Assembly: GCF_018350175.1 (NCBI RefSeq)
Contig: NC_058376.1
Location: 96,720,001-96,784,000, forward strand
Source: Felis catus
Lineage: Eukaryota
DNA length: 64,000 nt
Reading direction: 5' to 3'
Under the pieces are notes generated by a model. That model was not told the DNA's origin. It made no database searches and saw only the letters and a program-made list of their open reading frames with translations. The translations under genes were made by a program, and so were the position numbers. The first letter of the stretch is position 1. Each line of letters opens with the position of its first letter. Shown here piece by piece: positions 1 through 13,275 of this stretch.

Positions 1-9
1 TCAATATCA

Positions 10-190
10 TACTTTTAATGGCCGCATTTTATTCCATTGTACATATGCATATATCATGATATTTCTAACCAGCCCTTTATTTTAATGTGTGTTAAAAATT
101 TTTTACCAACTTAGAATTTGGAGCACATTTGTGTTTATTTTCTTAGGAAAAATTCTTAGAAGTAGAATTTTAGGGCCAAAGTATATAGAA
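10..190 (-). mobile_element. Ancient L1 (L1ME-like) 3' UTR fragment
   Basis: Degenerate L1M antisense motifs: tttaatggccgcattttattccattgta and ttcttaggaaaaattcttagaagtagaatt. Confidence 0.5.
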
Positions 191-881
191 AGGATAGCTA
201 TTTAAACAAAACCTCTTTTTTTGTTGTTGTTTAAATCAGCATCTTAGTGATCATAATTTGGCAAAAGCTTTTTGGTTTGGTTGTTTTTTTCCACGTAACT
301 TATTTGATTCATAATGTGGCCTTTCTAAATTAAGGTGAGGAAAAAAAAAGCAATCTTAGATTGTGCTTAGTGCAAGCACAGGGTTGCAAGTATGCATGTT
401 TTCCCTTTAAAAAAAAAAAAAGCTGTAACCACTTCCGATTCTATCGATTTCTCTTTTCTACTTTTTGAGGCTTCCTTTCTGGTCGGGTCAGCAAAGGTCT
501 ATTGAGGCTCTAGGATGTGTGGGGAGCTTCACCCACCAACCTCTTCTTTAAAGGTGCTCACCCCCCACTTCCAGTTCACACTCGAGGGAATACATGGAGT
601 AGCAGAGTGCAGAAACTATTAAAAACATAGGTTGAAAATTTCAAAGATAGAACTTGTCATTGCCAGGAGAGTAGCCATCTTACCTGCTTTTGGACATACT
701 CCTGTGGTCTAGTTTGAGGGGACCTTTCAGTTTGGACACTTTTAGAGCAAACCAGGAAGTTGATGAGAGGGACAGAGAACTTATCAGTAACCAGAGAGAC
801 TTACACCCATACCATTCTATTGAGCATAGCCTTTCAAACAGGCCTTAATTATGCCTGAACGTCTTCCTTCTTCCTCTCTAG

Positions 882-980
882 AGATCATTCTACAATGCAG
901 ATTTCACAGTGAACTAAGGCACTGGCTCTCCCACTTTCTGTGTATTCCTATTCAAAGTATAACAGACTTGTCAATCCAAG
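882..980 (+). other. Candidate internal exon (99 nt) of an unidentified transcript
   Basis: Polypyrimidine acceptor cttccttcttcctctctag| and donor AAG|gtaatg. Open in phase 1 only (EIILQCRFHSELRHWLSHFLCIPIQSITDLSIQ). No recognised homology. Confidence 0.35.
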
Positions 981-1194
981 GTAATGTTATTCCCATATTT
1001 TGCTAAGCATTATATTTATTATAAAACATAAATGACAGTAGGCTGCCATTTATTTTTAGTACAGACACTACATTTTTAACCACGCCCAAGTTTTTTTTAA
1101 ATTAATGTGTATTTCTATAGTTTAAAAACTTTTATTGGCTGTTTTCTAAATGTCATTAATTTCTATTTTAATGCTGATATCATGTTCATTTCAG

Positions 1195-1246
1195 AGCTGA
1201 AGCTAAGGAAGTACAATCCGAAGAATGTAATTCTACCTTGAAATAG
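1195..1246 (+). other. Candidate exon (52 nt)
   Basis: Acceptor tgttcatttcag| and donor TAG|gtatgt. Continues the 882-980 frame as ELKLRKYNPKNVILP*. Confidence 0.3.
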
Positions 1247-1967
1247 GTATGTGGTTTGTAAGGATCAGACAAAAAAGAGGGGGTAGATTTCTTTTAGTTT
1301 CAAATAACTGTAATTTTGGTCCATTCTTGACATGAGAATTGTCTTGGGATAATTTGAATATGACCCCTTTTAACAGGGCTGAAACATCTTCTCCAGGATC
1401 AGAATTTGACTTTGCACTAACAGTAAAAACTGAAAGGATTTCTAACTGTGCCTTACCCCCAACACACACCTACAAGGAAGGCCATGGCTCGTCACTCTTG
1501 TATGAAGTTGTATTCCTTGTAAGCAGTCTAATTCAAACCAAAATTACAGTTGGAAGTACTATATTTCAGTAAAGATTTTCCCATTTATCCACAAACTTCA
1601 ATTTAATAATAATAATAATAAAAGCCACCGGATTTTGAACAAATTAGAAGGGGAAAATGAAAAATAATACTCTCTATTTATGTTGGAAAGACTGGAGACA
1701 TGATTCAGAGCCTACCTTCATCCCCTCCCCCACAAAAAAGAATAGATTTATACATACATTCAAAATGATATGAATAATTGAGCAATTATTTGGATATTTG
1801 GCCTCATATATTCAGACATATTACATAAAAGTGTTTTTGGTACTTTTAGGCTTGAATCATTGAGGTAATTGAACCAATTCACCATTTCACTTTGCCTCTG
1901 TAAGTATAGTAGTACCTTAATTATAGTCTAATTTACAGGGTTTCTTTTCCTCCACAGACACTTTAAG

Positions 1968-2125
1968 AATACTAGATTACAAATCAAGGGACCTGATCTT
2001 GATTCTCCTTCACCCTCGTTAACCATGTGAGCTTGGACAAGCCCTTTGCCTCATTGGGTCTGTTTCTTGATCTAGAACAAGACTGTAATGCATGCCCTAC
2101 ATGTTTCATGAAGTTGAGAAAAGGC
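1968..2125 (+). mobile_element. MIR SINE fragment
   Basis: Degenerate MIR core: accatgtgagcttggacaagccctttgcctcattgggtctgtttcttgatct. Confidence 0.55.
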
Positions 2126-2164
2126 TAAATAACATCAGAGGAAGAGCTACAATTTATTGGTTAT

Positions 2165-2310
2165 ACATGATTCATTTTATTTTCACAACAGTCACAATGG
2201 TGTAGAAGAATTGATGTTTAGAGAAATTAAAAACATTGCCAAAGTCATACAGCCGGAACTCCACAGAGCCCAGACTCAAACCTCAGACTTGGATTCGAAT
2301 ATACTTGTTA
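2165..2310 (-). mobile_element. MIR SINE fragment
   Basis: Antisense MIR core: tttagagaaattaaaaacattgccaaagtcatacagcc...cagagcccagactcaaacc. Confidence 0.5.
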
Positions 2311-4429
2311 TACGGTCTCTCTAATGAGACAAACCCCTGCACGTACATGAAGGATTATTTTTCATATGATTCCAGTAAGTTCAGCAAACCAGGCAGCCTA
2401 CAATGAGTTGAACAAACTTCCATACTGGTTGGTATTTAAAATTTATAAATTTTTTCACCTTTCTTCAGCAGCGATTCTAGGACACTTGAACAAATGGCTC
2501 TTAATGGTGTCGCTGTTGGGGCTGTAGCCATATGTTCATGAAGGCCATGTGAAACCTGTTAGCTTTGGCACCATCATCAATAATAACTTTGCCATTTCCC
2601 TCAGCTTGGGAATCAATCCCTGGGGTTGGATTTGCTAACACCAGCATGAGGTCCCTTATCTAATCAGAGCTAGACCTAGCCATATTTCAGTGCATTTGAC
2701 AAGGCATGATGTAATGGTCTTAGTTGAAAATGAGATATGCACTTGACATTTGAATGTCACACAGTAATATGATTGTCAACTGAATTGCCAATAATAGGTT
2801 TAGTAAAAGCAGACTTTAAAATAGGGTAATGGTTTTACTCTAGCTTTTTTCTCCTGGTCACCATGTTACGTACCCACACACATGTATATATGTGTTGACA
2901 CACTTATATACTCACTTATCTATGAAATAATAATGATATGCCTGTGAAAACAACCAGGTTGTGTCTGTTTTAAATATGGAGAAGTCGCTATTTTTCCACA
3001 TTCAAGATTTTCCCACATACTGATGAAAAAATAAGAAACCTTCCTGTTTGGATTCCAGTGGTGAGAATTTCCCCATATGTTCACCATCTCCCTACCCTTT
3101 AGATATTCTGAAGGCAACAAAGTAGTACATTCCATCCTCTGTAAATTTCCACCAAACTTTCTCATCGCAGATAAGGATTTTAGGTTAATTAACCAGAATC
3201 CTACACAAAATGTATTCAGAAGAGGCTAACTCCCATTTGCAAAGCTTAAGAAGAAGAAATATTTGCAACTAATAAAGGGAAGGTTTGACCTTTCTAAAAA
3301 TAATAGATAAGATATAAAACATAACACAATTCCACAAAATAGAGAAATGTTACATATAGGCTAATTTTACATTAAACTATCGCTAGGAAAACTGCAAACA
3401 GAGGTCAATCTTTGACAGATCTAAAAATACAACCATGTGGATCAAATTTTCCAGTCACAGCTTCATCTCTGTAGATTTTCTTTCATTTGTAAAAATCTTG
3501 CTGTTTCTGCAGAGGAACTGATTAGACTGTCCACTTTAGTGCTGAGCAATGTATTTCTGAAAATGAGCTTCAGCCTGCAACAATGCAGTCTATTTGCTGT
3601 GTGTTTTTTAATCTATCCAAGACCAGCTTTTAGGCCTTACATTTCAGATCTGACAATTTGCCTTCGGCATAAACTTTCAGTGGCAGCAGCTTGAATTTTC
3701 ACATAAATAGTATTCCAGTTAAGAACTGCATCTATATAGCCATGTAATTGGAACATACATTTTTAAGCCTCTTCTAATGATTAACATACCTTTTAATGTA
3801 TGTCTCTCATTGAGCTCTGGTTTGTGCCTCAGTAAAAGGGAATATTACCCACTTTCACCTCGACTCATACAGCAACACTTTACGACATCTGAGCGAGAAG
3901 AAGATGGAACAGATCTTGGAATATTTTACAAAAATCTCATTTCATCAAGGACTCAGTTTGTCCCTAGGACCTCAATCACACGTGAAAGGACTTTGCTTTT
4001 CTAAGATTCGTTTTCCCAATTTAACAATTTAATGCTCTAGTAATGCTAAGACACTGTTGGAAAAAGGCTTTGACTAAAATATGTTTTGTCCATTTCATTA
4101 AACAATGAAATGTCTGAAATGAGTATATTTTCTAGATGATTGAAGCTTATTCCATTAAGTCCCTAATTTTTTTATGTTAAAACTTTGTTCATGTTTTGGT
4201 AGAATTTTCCCTAAAAATTCCTAATTCAATGGAGGCCCAAATAATAGATGCTCATTATGGTTTTCCTTGGCTTTTAATTTCCAAGTCTGGGCATGGCCCT
4301 AATATATAGGTTGGTCCCTCAGAGACCGTTTTCTGTGAGTTCTATGTGAAGTCTTTCTCATAGACATAATAGATTGTCTCATTGTTCAACTAAACTAAGG
4401 ATTAGAGTCCTTGTCCACGGTTTTCAAAT

Positions 4430-4770
4430 AGGACGAAGGCAAGGTGTAGTCCCTGACATTTAGAGTGCTGGTAGCAGCTGCAGGAGGTAATGCCAAGGGA
4501 CTGCTGGCAGCCATGTTGTCCACAATATCGAGGGAGTCAGTCTTCAGTAGGAGGAGATGACGCTGAGAGAAACCATGGTGAATAGAAAGACAGATGGAAA
4601 GAAAGATTCCTGGGCAAGACCAGTCACTTTGTCCACTTATGTCTAAGGCTTAGCTGTACCCCTGTCCTTTCTGAGGTTAGAAAAGTAGCCTGCAGATCAG
4701 TTTCCTTCACTGTCTAAGCTGGTTCCATTTGAATCTCTGTCATTTGAAACCAAAAAGTCCTGCTGACATG
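4430..4770 (+). mobile_element. MaLR LTR (old MLT1 type, K/L-like)
   Basis: gctggcagccatgttg internal motif and MLT1-like 3' end ctaagctggttccatttgaatctctgtcatttgaaaccaaaaagtcctgctgaca. Confidence 0.55.
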
Positions 4771-4926
4771 ATCACATATCTATATTTTCCACAGCTGATT
4801 CAGGCAAACTTCTGAACTCCATCACAAAACTCATTAGAGGGTTTTTATGTGAACCTCGACCAACATCATTTTCTGAAGCAATGGGAACACTTTACCAGAC
4901 ACTTTTCCTGAAAAATGACAAAGGCC

Positions 4927-4980
4927 AAAAAAAAAAAAAAAAAAAAAAAGGAAAAGAAAAGAAAGAGGGTAAAGAAAATG
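4927..4980. repeat. Poly(A) and purine-rich tract
   Basis: Run of about 23 A followed by GAAAA repeats. Confidence 0.9.
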
Positions 4981-5249
4981 GCAATGGCATTGATCTTCTT
5001 AGACATAGGATACGGAACACACGTCCACATTTTCTTCATGATGTGGGGCTTGTATACAAAATGAATTTCTGTTACTGTACTTTTATAATTCAGTGACACA
5101 TTCCAGAGTTTTTTGAAATAGGAGAGGTTGTACCCACACTAAATGGCCTCAGACAGCTGTGCTTTGTAAGATATTAAATCTGATTTCAAGAAAGTCTCTG
5201 TCATTCCTTCATTGGCTTATTGTTGGCTTTCATCTCCTGCTGTTAGAAA

Positions 5250-5472
5250 GAGGTGGTTTGAGAAACAACACAGCCATTAGAAGAAGAGGGATCTAGGTTG
5301 GGCAAAATGTGTACTCTTGCTTATTAGCTATTTGACCTTGGGCAGTTTCTTTCAATGCCTGAACTTACCACTCTCCTTATGAAAGGAGAGATTAGCTTAA
5401 TAGGAACTTTATTCTAAAGAATAAATCGGATAATGTATGTAAAACACATACTGAAAGTTCTATAAATGTTAG
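5250..5472 (+). mobile_element. MIR SINE
   Basis: cttattagctatttgaccttgggcagtt core and ggataatgtatgtaaaacac 3' part. Confidence 0.6.
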
Positions 5473-6406
5473 GTCTTTTCTGGCAACCACTTTCCTCAAT
5501 TTCTAATTTACTGTTTCTAAAATGTCCAGGGCTAGAAAAACAAATCTGAAGATATGAAATCTGAAGGTTTGCTAGTGATTAAAAGTGACTCAGTTTTAAA
5601 ATCACTTTGAAGATTAATTAAAGTTTATGAATTAAAAACCACTTCACTACATTGAGTCATCTCTACAAAGTCCCCATTATATGCTTAGACAAATGCTTCC
5701 CCATGTGACCCCAAAGGATACCTGTTTGTTCATTATACCCTTGGACAATTATGATTATTAGCAAGTTCTATGTACATGGAGATCATTGCAAGCTAGAATT
5801 GGTTCCACTTATCATTGCCATACAGATGGAAGTGTCTGTGTTTCCATATAATGATTATTTAGACATTTGAAGGATACTGTCTTATCCTCAAACCTTCTTT
5901 TATATAGACTAGAAATGTCTGTCCGTTTTCCTTTGTCGTCTTTAATCATCTCAATATTTACCAGTTTACCATTTTTGAACAAATGTTCAGAAGGTGTTAT
6001 CTGAGTCATTTGGAATAGAATTATATTTCTGTCAGAGCAGCTTCAGATTTCACTTTTGATAACTAAGCAAATAGCTCTCAAACAGAGAGCTGTTTGTATT
6101 CTGCATAAGATCATTATTAGTGAACCTTAGTTACAGCCTAGTGTGCTTCCCATGATTCAATTAGGAAATTCTGTTCACTATCAATCAAAACTTGATCTAG
6201 TCTCTTTTAATTTTTCCACAAATAGATATGTACACACCAAGTATAAAATCCCTTATCTTACCCAGGTTTGAAGCTAGATGTTTATACTTTTATGTGATTT
6301 CCCAAGATTACCACACAGTTCTGTCATCTCAGTTATAAGCGCTGTTAGTACATTAGCACATTGCTTTTCTTTCAATATCACTGAAAACTAAAAAACTCTA
6401 TTTGAT

Positions 6407-6409
<3 letters not shown>

Positions 6410-6470
<61 letters not shown>

Positions 6471-6480
6471 TGTGTGTGTG
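6410..6480. repeat. Compound (TC)n(TG)n microsatellite
   Basis: Directly visible. Confidence 0.97.
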
Positions 6481-6559
6481 TTTGCATTAAGGGTTGGGTC
6501 ATTTAGGACTTTAACCCAAATGACCAGTGTGAGGTGTTAAGCCAACTGTAAAAGTTTAG

Positions 6560-6855
6560 AGGGAACAGGCCCCACAAGAGTCCAGCCTCAAGTTTGATAA
6601 TTTGCTAGAAGGGTCTCAGAACTCACTGAAAGTGATTATACTCATGGAAATAATGTATTACAGGGGGAGGATACAGATTGAAAATCAACCAAGGGAAGGA
6701 GGGCATAGGATAGAGTCCAGGAAAAGTACCAAACATAGAGCTTCCACTGTCTTCTTCCTGTGGACTCACAGTTACATTACTTTCCTGACATGAGTGTTTG
6801 ACAATATACATGGATTGATGACACATGGAATATTTCCAACCAGGGAAACTCACTA
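6560..6855 (-). mobile_element. MER21/MER77-like LTR fragment
   Basis: gataatttgctagaagggtctcagaactcactgaaag...ggatacagattgaaaatcaaccaaggga...ccaaccagggaaactcac matches the recalled MER21-family consensus. Confidence 0.65.
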
Positions 6856-6980
6856 GACACAACATCTGCCAGTGTCTTGATCTTGGATTTTCCAGACGGC
6901 AGAACTGTGAGAAATAAAAGTTTGTTGTTTAGGCCATTCAGTCTATGGTATTCTGTGAGAGCAGCCCAAGCTGACTAATA
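6856..6980 (+). mobile_element. MaLR LTR 3' end (MLT1A-D type)
   Basis: cttgatcttggattttccag...agaactgtgagaaataaaagtttgttgtttaggccattcagtctatggtatt...gcagcccaagctgactaata. Confidence 0.8.
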
Positions 6981-7419
6981 TATTTATTGTTTTTCCCTAT
7001 AGAATATGATACATAATTGGTACTCCACGAATATTTCTGGAGTAAACAAATTAATATACACAGGAAACTTCCTGTTTTTACTAGGACCTTACTACTTTTT
7101 ACATCAACTTTCCTTATGTGCCCTTATCATTACTTAGGAACTCTGAGCTCATTTCATGTAAAACTAGATTTTCATCTTCTCTGGAAGAGTCCTGATTGGC
7201 AACAATTGTTGAAGCTGATGAGTGGCCATCCCCTCCAGACTGGACAACACCTCCAAGTTCATCACGTGGTATTCTCTGCTATCTATTCCCTTTGTGGTGG
7301 TCATTTCTTCCTGATAGGAAGGGGTTAGTGATCCTTTCTTGTGACAAAGGATTCTGACCTATGTTCAGGTTCCAGAGAGAGCTTCACTGGATTAATAACC
7401 AATCATAATCCGTTTGGGA

Positions 7420-9370
7420 TAACAAAATGAGAAAAGGCAATGCACTTTAAAAAGGACATAAAATTGTGCTTAAGAATAAACTCAATAATATATTGAGAAT
7501 ATCAACAGAAACGTAAAATTTTACTGAGACACTGAGTTAGGTTGACTTTATACAGATATATGTCATGTTCCTGAATGCAAATATTATAAAGATGTCAGTT
7601 TCCCTAACTAAATGTACAAATTTTAAAGCAGTTCCAGTAAAATGAATTCTAAATCTCCCATGGAAGAATAAATAAGTGAAAAGGAGAAAAATAAAAGTTA
7701 TGAAAGAATAAATAATGAAGGGAGCTTTCAAAATTATATATCACATTATTAAAGCTATAATAGTGGCTCTGGCATGGTACACTAGGTGTATGAATGGTAG
7801 GGACTAGAAAACTAAGAAAGCGGCTCAACAAACATCCATCACGTTACTCAACCTCAACCCAACTGTCTCTGGCCAGAGAATAGCATATAATGAAAAGTTG
7901 AAATCATGCCATATTTGAATGAACATAAATGTACTGCTTTGCATCTATAAGTCAAATAAGGGGGATGAATGAGTAGCCTAAGATAACGAGAGAGAACCTG
8001 TGCTTACCAACATAGTAAGGAATCTATTTTAATCAGCGGGGAGGAATGGTTTAATCAATGGGAAAGAGTAATGGCATAATTTGTTGATTAATCGGAAAAT
8101 GTAAACCTTTATGTCTACCTCACAACATTTACTTCGAAACTGCAGACGGATTAAAGCAGTAAAAAGAATATAGCTTTACAGTCACAAAATCAGTAAAAAA
8201 GTATAGATAAAAAATCTGATTTCTTCGTAGAAACAAAAAGTAAATAGCCCAAAATAGAAATGTTAATAAATTAAAAAGCATAAAAATGAAAAACTCTTCT
8301 CATAAAATAAATAAAATAACAATGGTAAAATAGTACGAATAATTGAAAAATAACATAAAAATGAAGAGCAGCTATTCTTATTTGTGAAGAATTTTATAAA
8401 TTAATATGGTACATAATAAGAGGAAAATTGTTAAAAGAAAGTAACAGGCAATTCACTCTACAAATTACAAACAGTATAAGAAAATGTATACATCAATGAT
8501 ATCAAAGAAATGCATATTAAAATATTAATTAAAAGTACTTTTCACATGCAACACTGGCAAAGATAAAAAAAAAAGTGATAATATTTAGTATTGGCAAAGG
8601 TGGTGGGAAATGAGGACAGTCATAAATTATTTTTAGAAATGTAAGATAACACAGCTTTTTAGAGGATAATATGGATATGATATAACAAAAGCCTTAAAAA
8701 TATTCACACGTTTGAGCCAGCAAGTTCAGTGGTAGGCATGTATTCTAAGAAAACAATTTGAGATATTAAAAAAGATTTATGCTCATTTTGTTCTTTGCAA
8801 CATTGTTTATGCTGCTATTAAAAGAACTCAGCAATAGAAGTATAGTTAAATAAATTACGGTCAGTGAACAAATGCAATGGAACTATGAGAAAGCAAGTTG
8901 AAGAAGTAAAGTATAACCAAAGTTTTAGAAATAAATACATGTCGTTGACCCTTGAACAGCACAAGGGTAAAGGGAAATGACTCTTGTACAGTCCAAAATC
9001 CACATGTAACTTTTGACTTCCACAAAACTTAACCTTAGGCGACTGATGACCGGAAGCCTTACCAATAACATAAACAGTTGATTAACACATGTTTTGTATG
9101 CTATATGTGTTATATACTATATACTCACTATAAAGTAAGCAGAGAAAAGAAAATGTTATTAAGAAAACCATAAGGAAGAGAAAACACAGAACTGTACTAT
9201 ATTTATTGGAAAAATCTGCACATAAGTTTGACCCATGCAGTTCAAACCTGTGCTGCTCAAGGGTCAGTTATGTTATTAGAAGGAAATATCCAAAATATTA
9301 ACAGAAATATGTAGAATTCCTTTCTACTTTACCATATTTTTCAAAATTTTAGCATTATTTTTTATTATTT
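7420..9370 (+). mobile_element. Ancient L1 (L1ME-like) ORF2 3' part and 3' UTR, fragmented, interrupted by Tigger2a
   Basis: aatattataaagatgtcagtttcc, tattggcaaaggtggtgggaaatgaggacagtcata and tttgagccagcaagttcagtggtaggcat; A-rich sense strand. Confidence 0.65.
8943..9270 (-). mobile_element. Tigger2a (TcMar-Tigger) non-autonomous DNA transposon
   Basis: TIR-like ends gttgacccttgaaca...tgctcaagggtcagt and internal gaccggaagccttaccaataacataaacagttgattaacaca. Confidence 0.85.
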
Positions 9371-10389
9371 ATTTTTAATTATAACCAATAATACATAAAC
9401 AAATACACTCTGACGTGGAATAAAACCCCAAAACCAGAATGAAATGAGATCCCCATTTATTTGTTCAGAAGTAACTATATATTTGTGTGTGTGTGTATAT
9501 ATCTCTATAGACTTTTTTATGTGAAATATGTGTTATTATTGCAATCAGAGGTAAAGGCTGTTTCAATGAGTGTTGATCCAAACAGAAGAATAATCTTTCT
9601 CCTACACTCATAGGATGAAATATTAAAGGCAGAGGCTACGACCAACTATATAAGAATATAGGGAAACCGTGTAATGGACTGAAACTAACAATATAAGGAA
9701 AGATAGTATTTTGTACTGTACTCAAATACTCACTAACTCTGACTATCCCCACATCACCACTCCTTAAAATAGACCTTCTTGAGTCGCACTAAACATTCTC
9801 AGAATCTACTTAAATGCTCCGGCAGAGAGTACGTAACATTTCCAACAATGACCATACACTTTTTCAGGGAGAAGATGTATTCTCAGTCTTTGGGCTTTTG
9901 CCTTGAACACAAGAAACTTTTCACATAAGTTACTCCTCATTTTCAAACAGAAGAAACATATTGCATGCAAACTGAGACCTCACTCTCACCTTCTAAGAAG
10001 GAACAAGCAATGGACAGACAGGTGCAGATCAATGATGGATTATCTTGCGTGTTGTCTGACGCAACTGCTCTACAGGCACTTATTAACTCCACATGTTCTC
10101 AAGTTTTTTGTAAATTAAAGAATGAGTGAGAAATGAGGGGATTACTATAATGAAAGGGCAACCAAGGATACTTTTAAACCGACCCTTAAAAATGGCTGGC
10201 CCACCACAGGGAGTATTTGAACTATGCGCTCAAAAGCAAAGCACGTGACTCAGCATTTAATTTTTAAAAATAACGTGATTAACTTGAATGTTTTTGGTAG
10301 GGAGAGGAGAAAGCAGAATCACTTACTTGTTTAACCCTTATTAGTTGAATGTTTTCTATGTAATAACGCATCATGTTAGGTTCTGGAGG

Positions 10390-10980
10390 TCTGGTGAGGA
10401 AGAGGGAAAGTTCTTTGAATTGGTGAGGCTGGGGCAGAGAGGCATGTCGCTTGAGGAAAGGAAGCTCCAGAGAGAGGAATTGTCTGCCATTTCCAGAAGT
10501 GGGAAGAAACATGCCACATGGGGAGAATTGAAGACAATCCTCTGTGGCAGGAAAGGCCAGAGATATGACTGGAGAGGTAAGCAGGGCAGATGACTGGTGG
10601 CCTTATAAACCCATGTAAAGCAATTAGAACTTAATCCTGTGGGCAGTGTGGCGCCGCTGGAAGGGCAAGTGACAGGTCAGATTTGAAATTAGAGAGATTA
10701 CTGTGATGGCAGAGGGGCAGGTAGGAGGCTGCTGCTGTCCTCCAAGTGAGAGACCATGTGGCCTCCAGGGAGCGGACGCAGAGAAGACGGAGAGACGCAG
10801 AAAGATTTCAAAGGTAAGAAGACAAAACTGCATTAACTGTGGATTGCTGAGGAAATAAACGGTGGACTCACAGGAAAACCCAGGGTTCTGGCTTTAATCT
10901 GGAGGAGTGAGACAGAAAACAAAAATACACAATACGTGGGGAAAACTATGATGATTTGAAATGGGATAAATTGAACAATG
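10390..10980 (-). mobile_element. L2 LINE fragment
   Basis: Purine-rich antisense L2 motifs: ctggagaggtaagcagggcaga...ggccttataaacccatgtaaagcaattagaacttaatcctgtgggcagtg. Confidence 0.65.
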
Positions 10981-10994
10981 GCATTTTAAGAGCT

Positions 10995-11213
10995 TCTTTT
11001 TTTTTTGTTTAATGTTTGTGCTTGAGAGAGAACGTGAGCATAAGCTGGTGAAGGGCAGAGAGAGAGGGGGACTCTGCCGACAGAGGATTCAAAGCAGGCT
11101 TTGCACTGACAGCACAGATCCCATATCTCCATGTAGGGCTTAAATTCATGAACCATGAGATCATGACCTGAGCTAAAGCTGGATGCTTAACCAACTGAGC
11201 CGCCCAGGTGCCC
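10995..11213 (-). mobile_element. Can-SINE (older feliform subfamily)
   Basis: Poly-T tail, (GA)n, gaaccatgagatcatgacctgagc and ends ccaggtgccc. Confidence 0.92.
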
Positions 11214-12616
11214 TGAATTTGGAGAGCTCCTAAGATTTCAAGTTGGGGATCTACAGAAGGCAATTCCATAGAAAGAGATGGCAAAATGGCATTACAAAAG
11301 AGAATTGAAAAAAATAGGCTAAGAAAAAAAGAGAAAATTGTAGGTCATATCATATTTTTTTTGAAAATGACCTTTCCTTCTCCAGTCCTTAGTGTGTGTG
11401 TTATAAATAAGAGAAACCAAATAAATATTTTCTTAATTAGCTTTGTTGAGGCATAATTTCCATGCAATAAAACTCACCAAAGTTGAGTGTACAATTTGAT
11501 GATTTTGACCAATGTATACGGTTGTGTAATCATCACCACAATCCTGATCTAGAACATTTCCATCCCTCTCAAAAGTTCCCGTACAGCCCTTCGTTTCTAC
11601 ACAAACAAACATACCCCAGCCCCCAGCCCCTGACTACAACTGTTTCACTTTAGGTCACTCTATTTTTGTCTTTTACAGAATTTCGTATAAATTGTATCAT
11701 ACAATATATGTTTGGCTTCTTTCAATGTGCGTTTGAGATTTGTCCATGTGGGCATGTGTATCAGAAGCTTATTCCTTTTTATTCCTGGATAGTGAATATT
11801 CCATTATATAGATATACCACAATTTGTTTACTCATTCTCCAGAAAATGGACATTTGGATCATTTCCTGTTTTTTACTGCTATGCTTACAGTTGCTATGAA
11901 CTTTTGAGAACAAGCCTTTCTGTGAACATGTTCTCATTTCTTGTGGCTAAATATGTAAGAGCAGGATCGTTGGGTTGTATGGTAAATGTATTTTAACACA
12001 TTTTTAATCACACAAAATTAAAAATCTTAACACACCTTTTAATGCACAAAATTGCCAAACTGTTTTCCATTTCAAATGTGAATTTTGCATTCCTATCAGC
12101 AATGCATGGATGTTCTAGTCATTCCACATACTTCCTGGCGTATGTCTTAAAACTTAGCCATTCTAGGGTGTGATATTTCACTTTGGTTTTCATTTGAATT
12201 TCCCTGATGACTAATAGTCTTAAGCAATTTTTTGTGTACATTTCAACTATTTGTAAACCTTATTTGGCAAAGTTTCTATTCCAACTTTTTGCCACTTGTA
12301 TTTGTCTTTTTTTGTCTTCTTGTTGAATTGTAAGAATTTTTATATATTTTCAATACAGAACCTTTATTTAAACACATGCAAATATTTTCACCCATTCTGT
12401 GGCTTGCCTTTCATTTTCTCAACCATGTTTATTGATGTGAAGACATTTTTTATTGTGATCAAATGAAAACAAATTCATTTTATTTATTTTTCTTTAATGG
12501 CTTATACTTGTGTTCCATTCAAGAAATATTTGCCTGACAAAAGGTCACAAGTATTTTCTGTATTGTTTTCTTGTTAATTTTTGTTGTCTTACTTCTTAAC
12601 ATGTAAAACTATTGTT

Positions 12617-12826
12617 CGTTTTTTTAAATGTTTATTTATTTTTGAAAGAGACAGAGAAAGAGCGTGTGCAAACAGGGGAAGGGCAGAGAGAGATGGGGAC
12701 GGAGGATCTGAAGAGGACTCCGCACTGACAGCAGTGAGCCCGATGTGGGGCTCGAACTCACAAATTGTGAGATCGTGACCTGAGCTGAAGTCGGACACTC
12801 AACTGACTGAGCCACCCCGGCACCCC
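12617..12826 (-). mobile_element. Can-SINE (SINEC_Fc type)
   Basis: Typical body; degenerate TSD aaaactattgtt / aaaagtattatt. Confidence 0.95.
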
Positions 12827-13064
12827 AAAAGTATTATTAATTTTGATCAAATGTTTCTTTACAGAGTGAAGTAAAGGTCCAGGTTTACTTTTCTCCCATG
12901 TGGATATCTAATTTTTATAGCACAATTTGTTTAAGGCACAATCATTTTTCCAACTGAGTTGCTGAGCACCTTTGTCAAAACTCACTGGACTATGTACACA
13001 TGTATCCATTTTTGGACTCTATAGGTCTATATTGCACCAATACTTGATTATTGTAGTTTCTTAA

Positions 13065-13275
13065 ATTTTTTTTTTAACGTTTATTTATTTTTGAGACAGA
13101 GAGAGACAGAGCATGAACAGGGGAGGGTCAGAGAGAGGGAGACACAGAATCCAAAACAGGCTGCAGGCTCTGAGCTGTCAGCACAGAGCCCGACGCGGGG
13201 CTTGAACTCACGAACCGCGAGATCCTGACCTGAGCCGAAGTCGGACACTCAACCGACTGAGCCACCCAGGTGCCC
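13065..13275 (-). mobile_element. Can-SINE (SINEC_Fc type)
   Basis: Perfect 14-bp TSD ttgtagtttcttaa at 13051-13064 and 13276-13289. Confidence 0.97.

Noticed and set aside
3777-4004. Purine-rich, protein-looking stretch (e.g. LRHLSEKKMEQILEYFTKISF in an alternative frame)
   Set aside because: Weak acceptor and donor and no recognisable homology
4866-5099. Lys-rich and Phe-rich ORFs and a minus-strand acceptor at about 4908
   Set aside because: Produced by the poly(A)/GAAAA tract; no convincing donor
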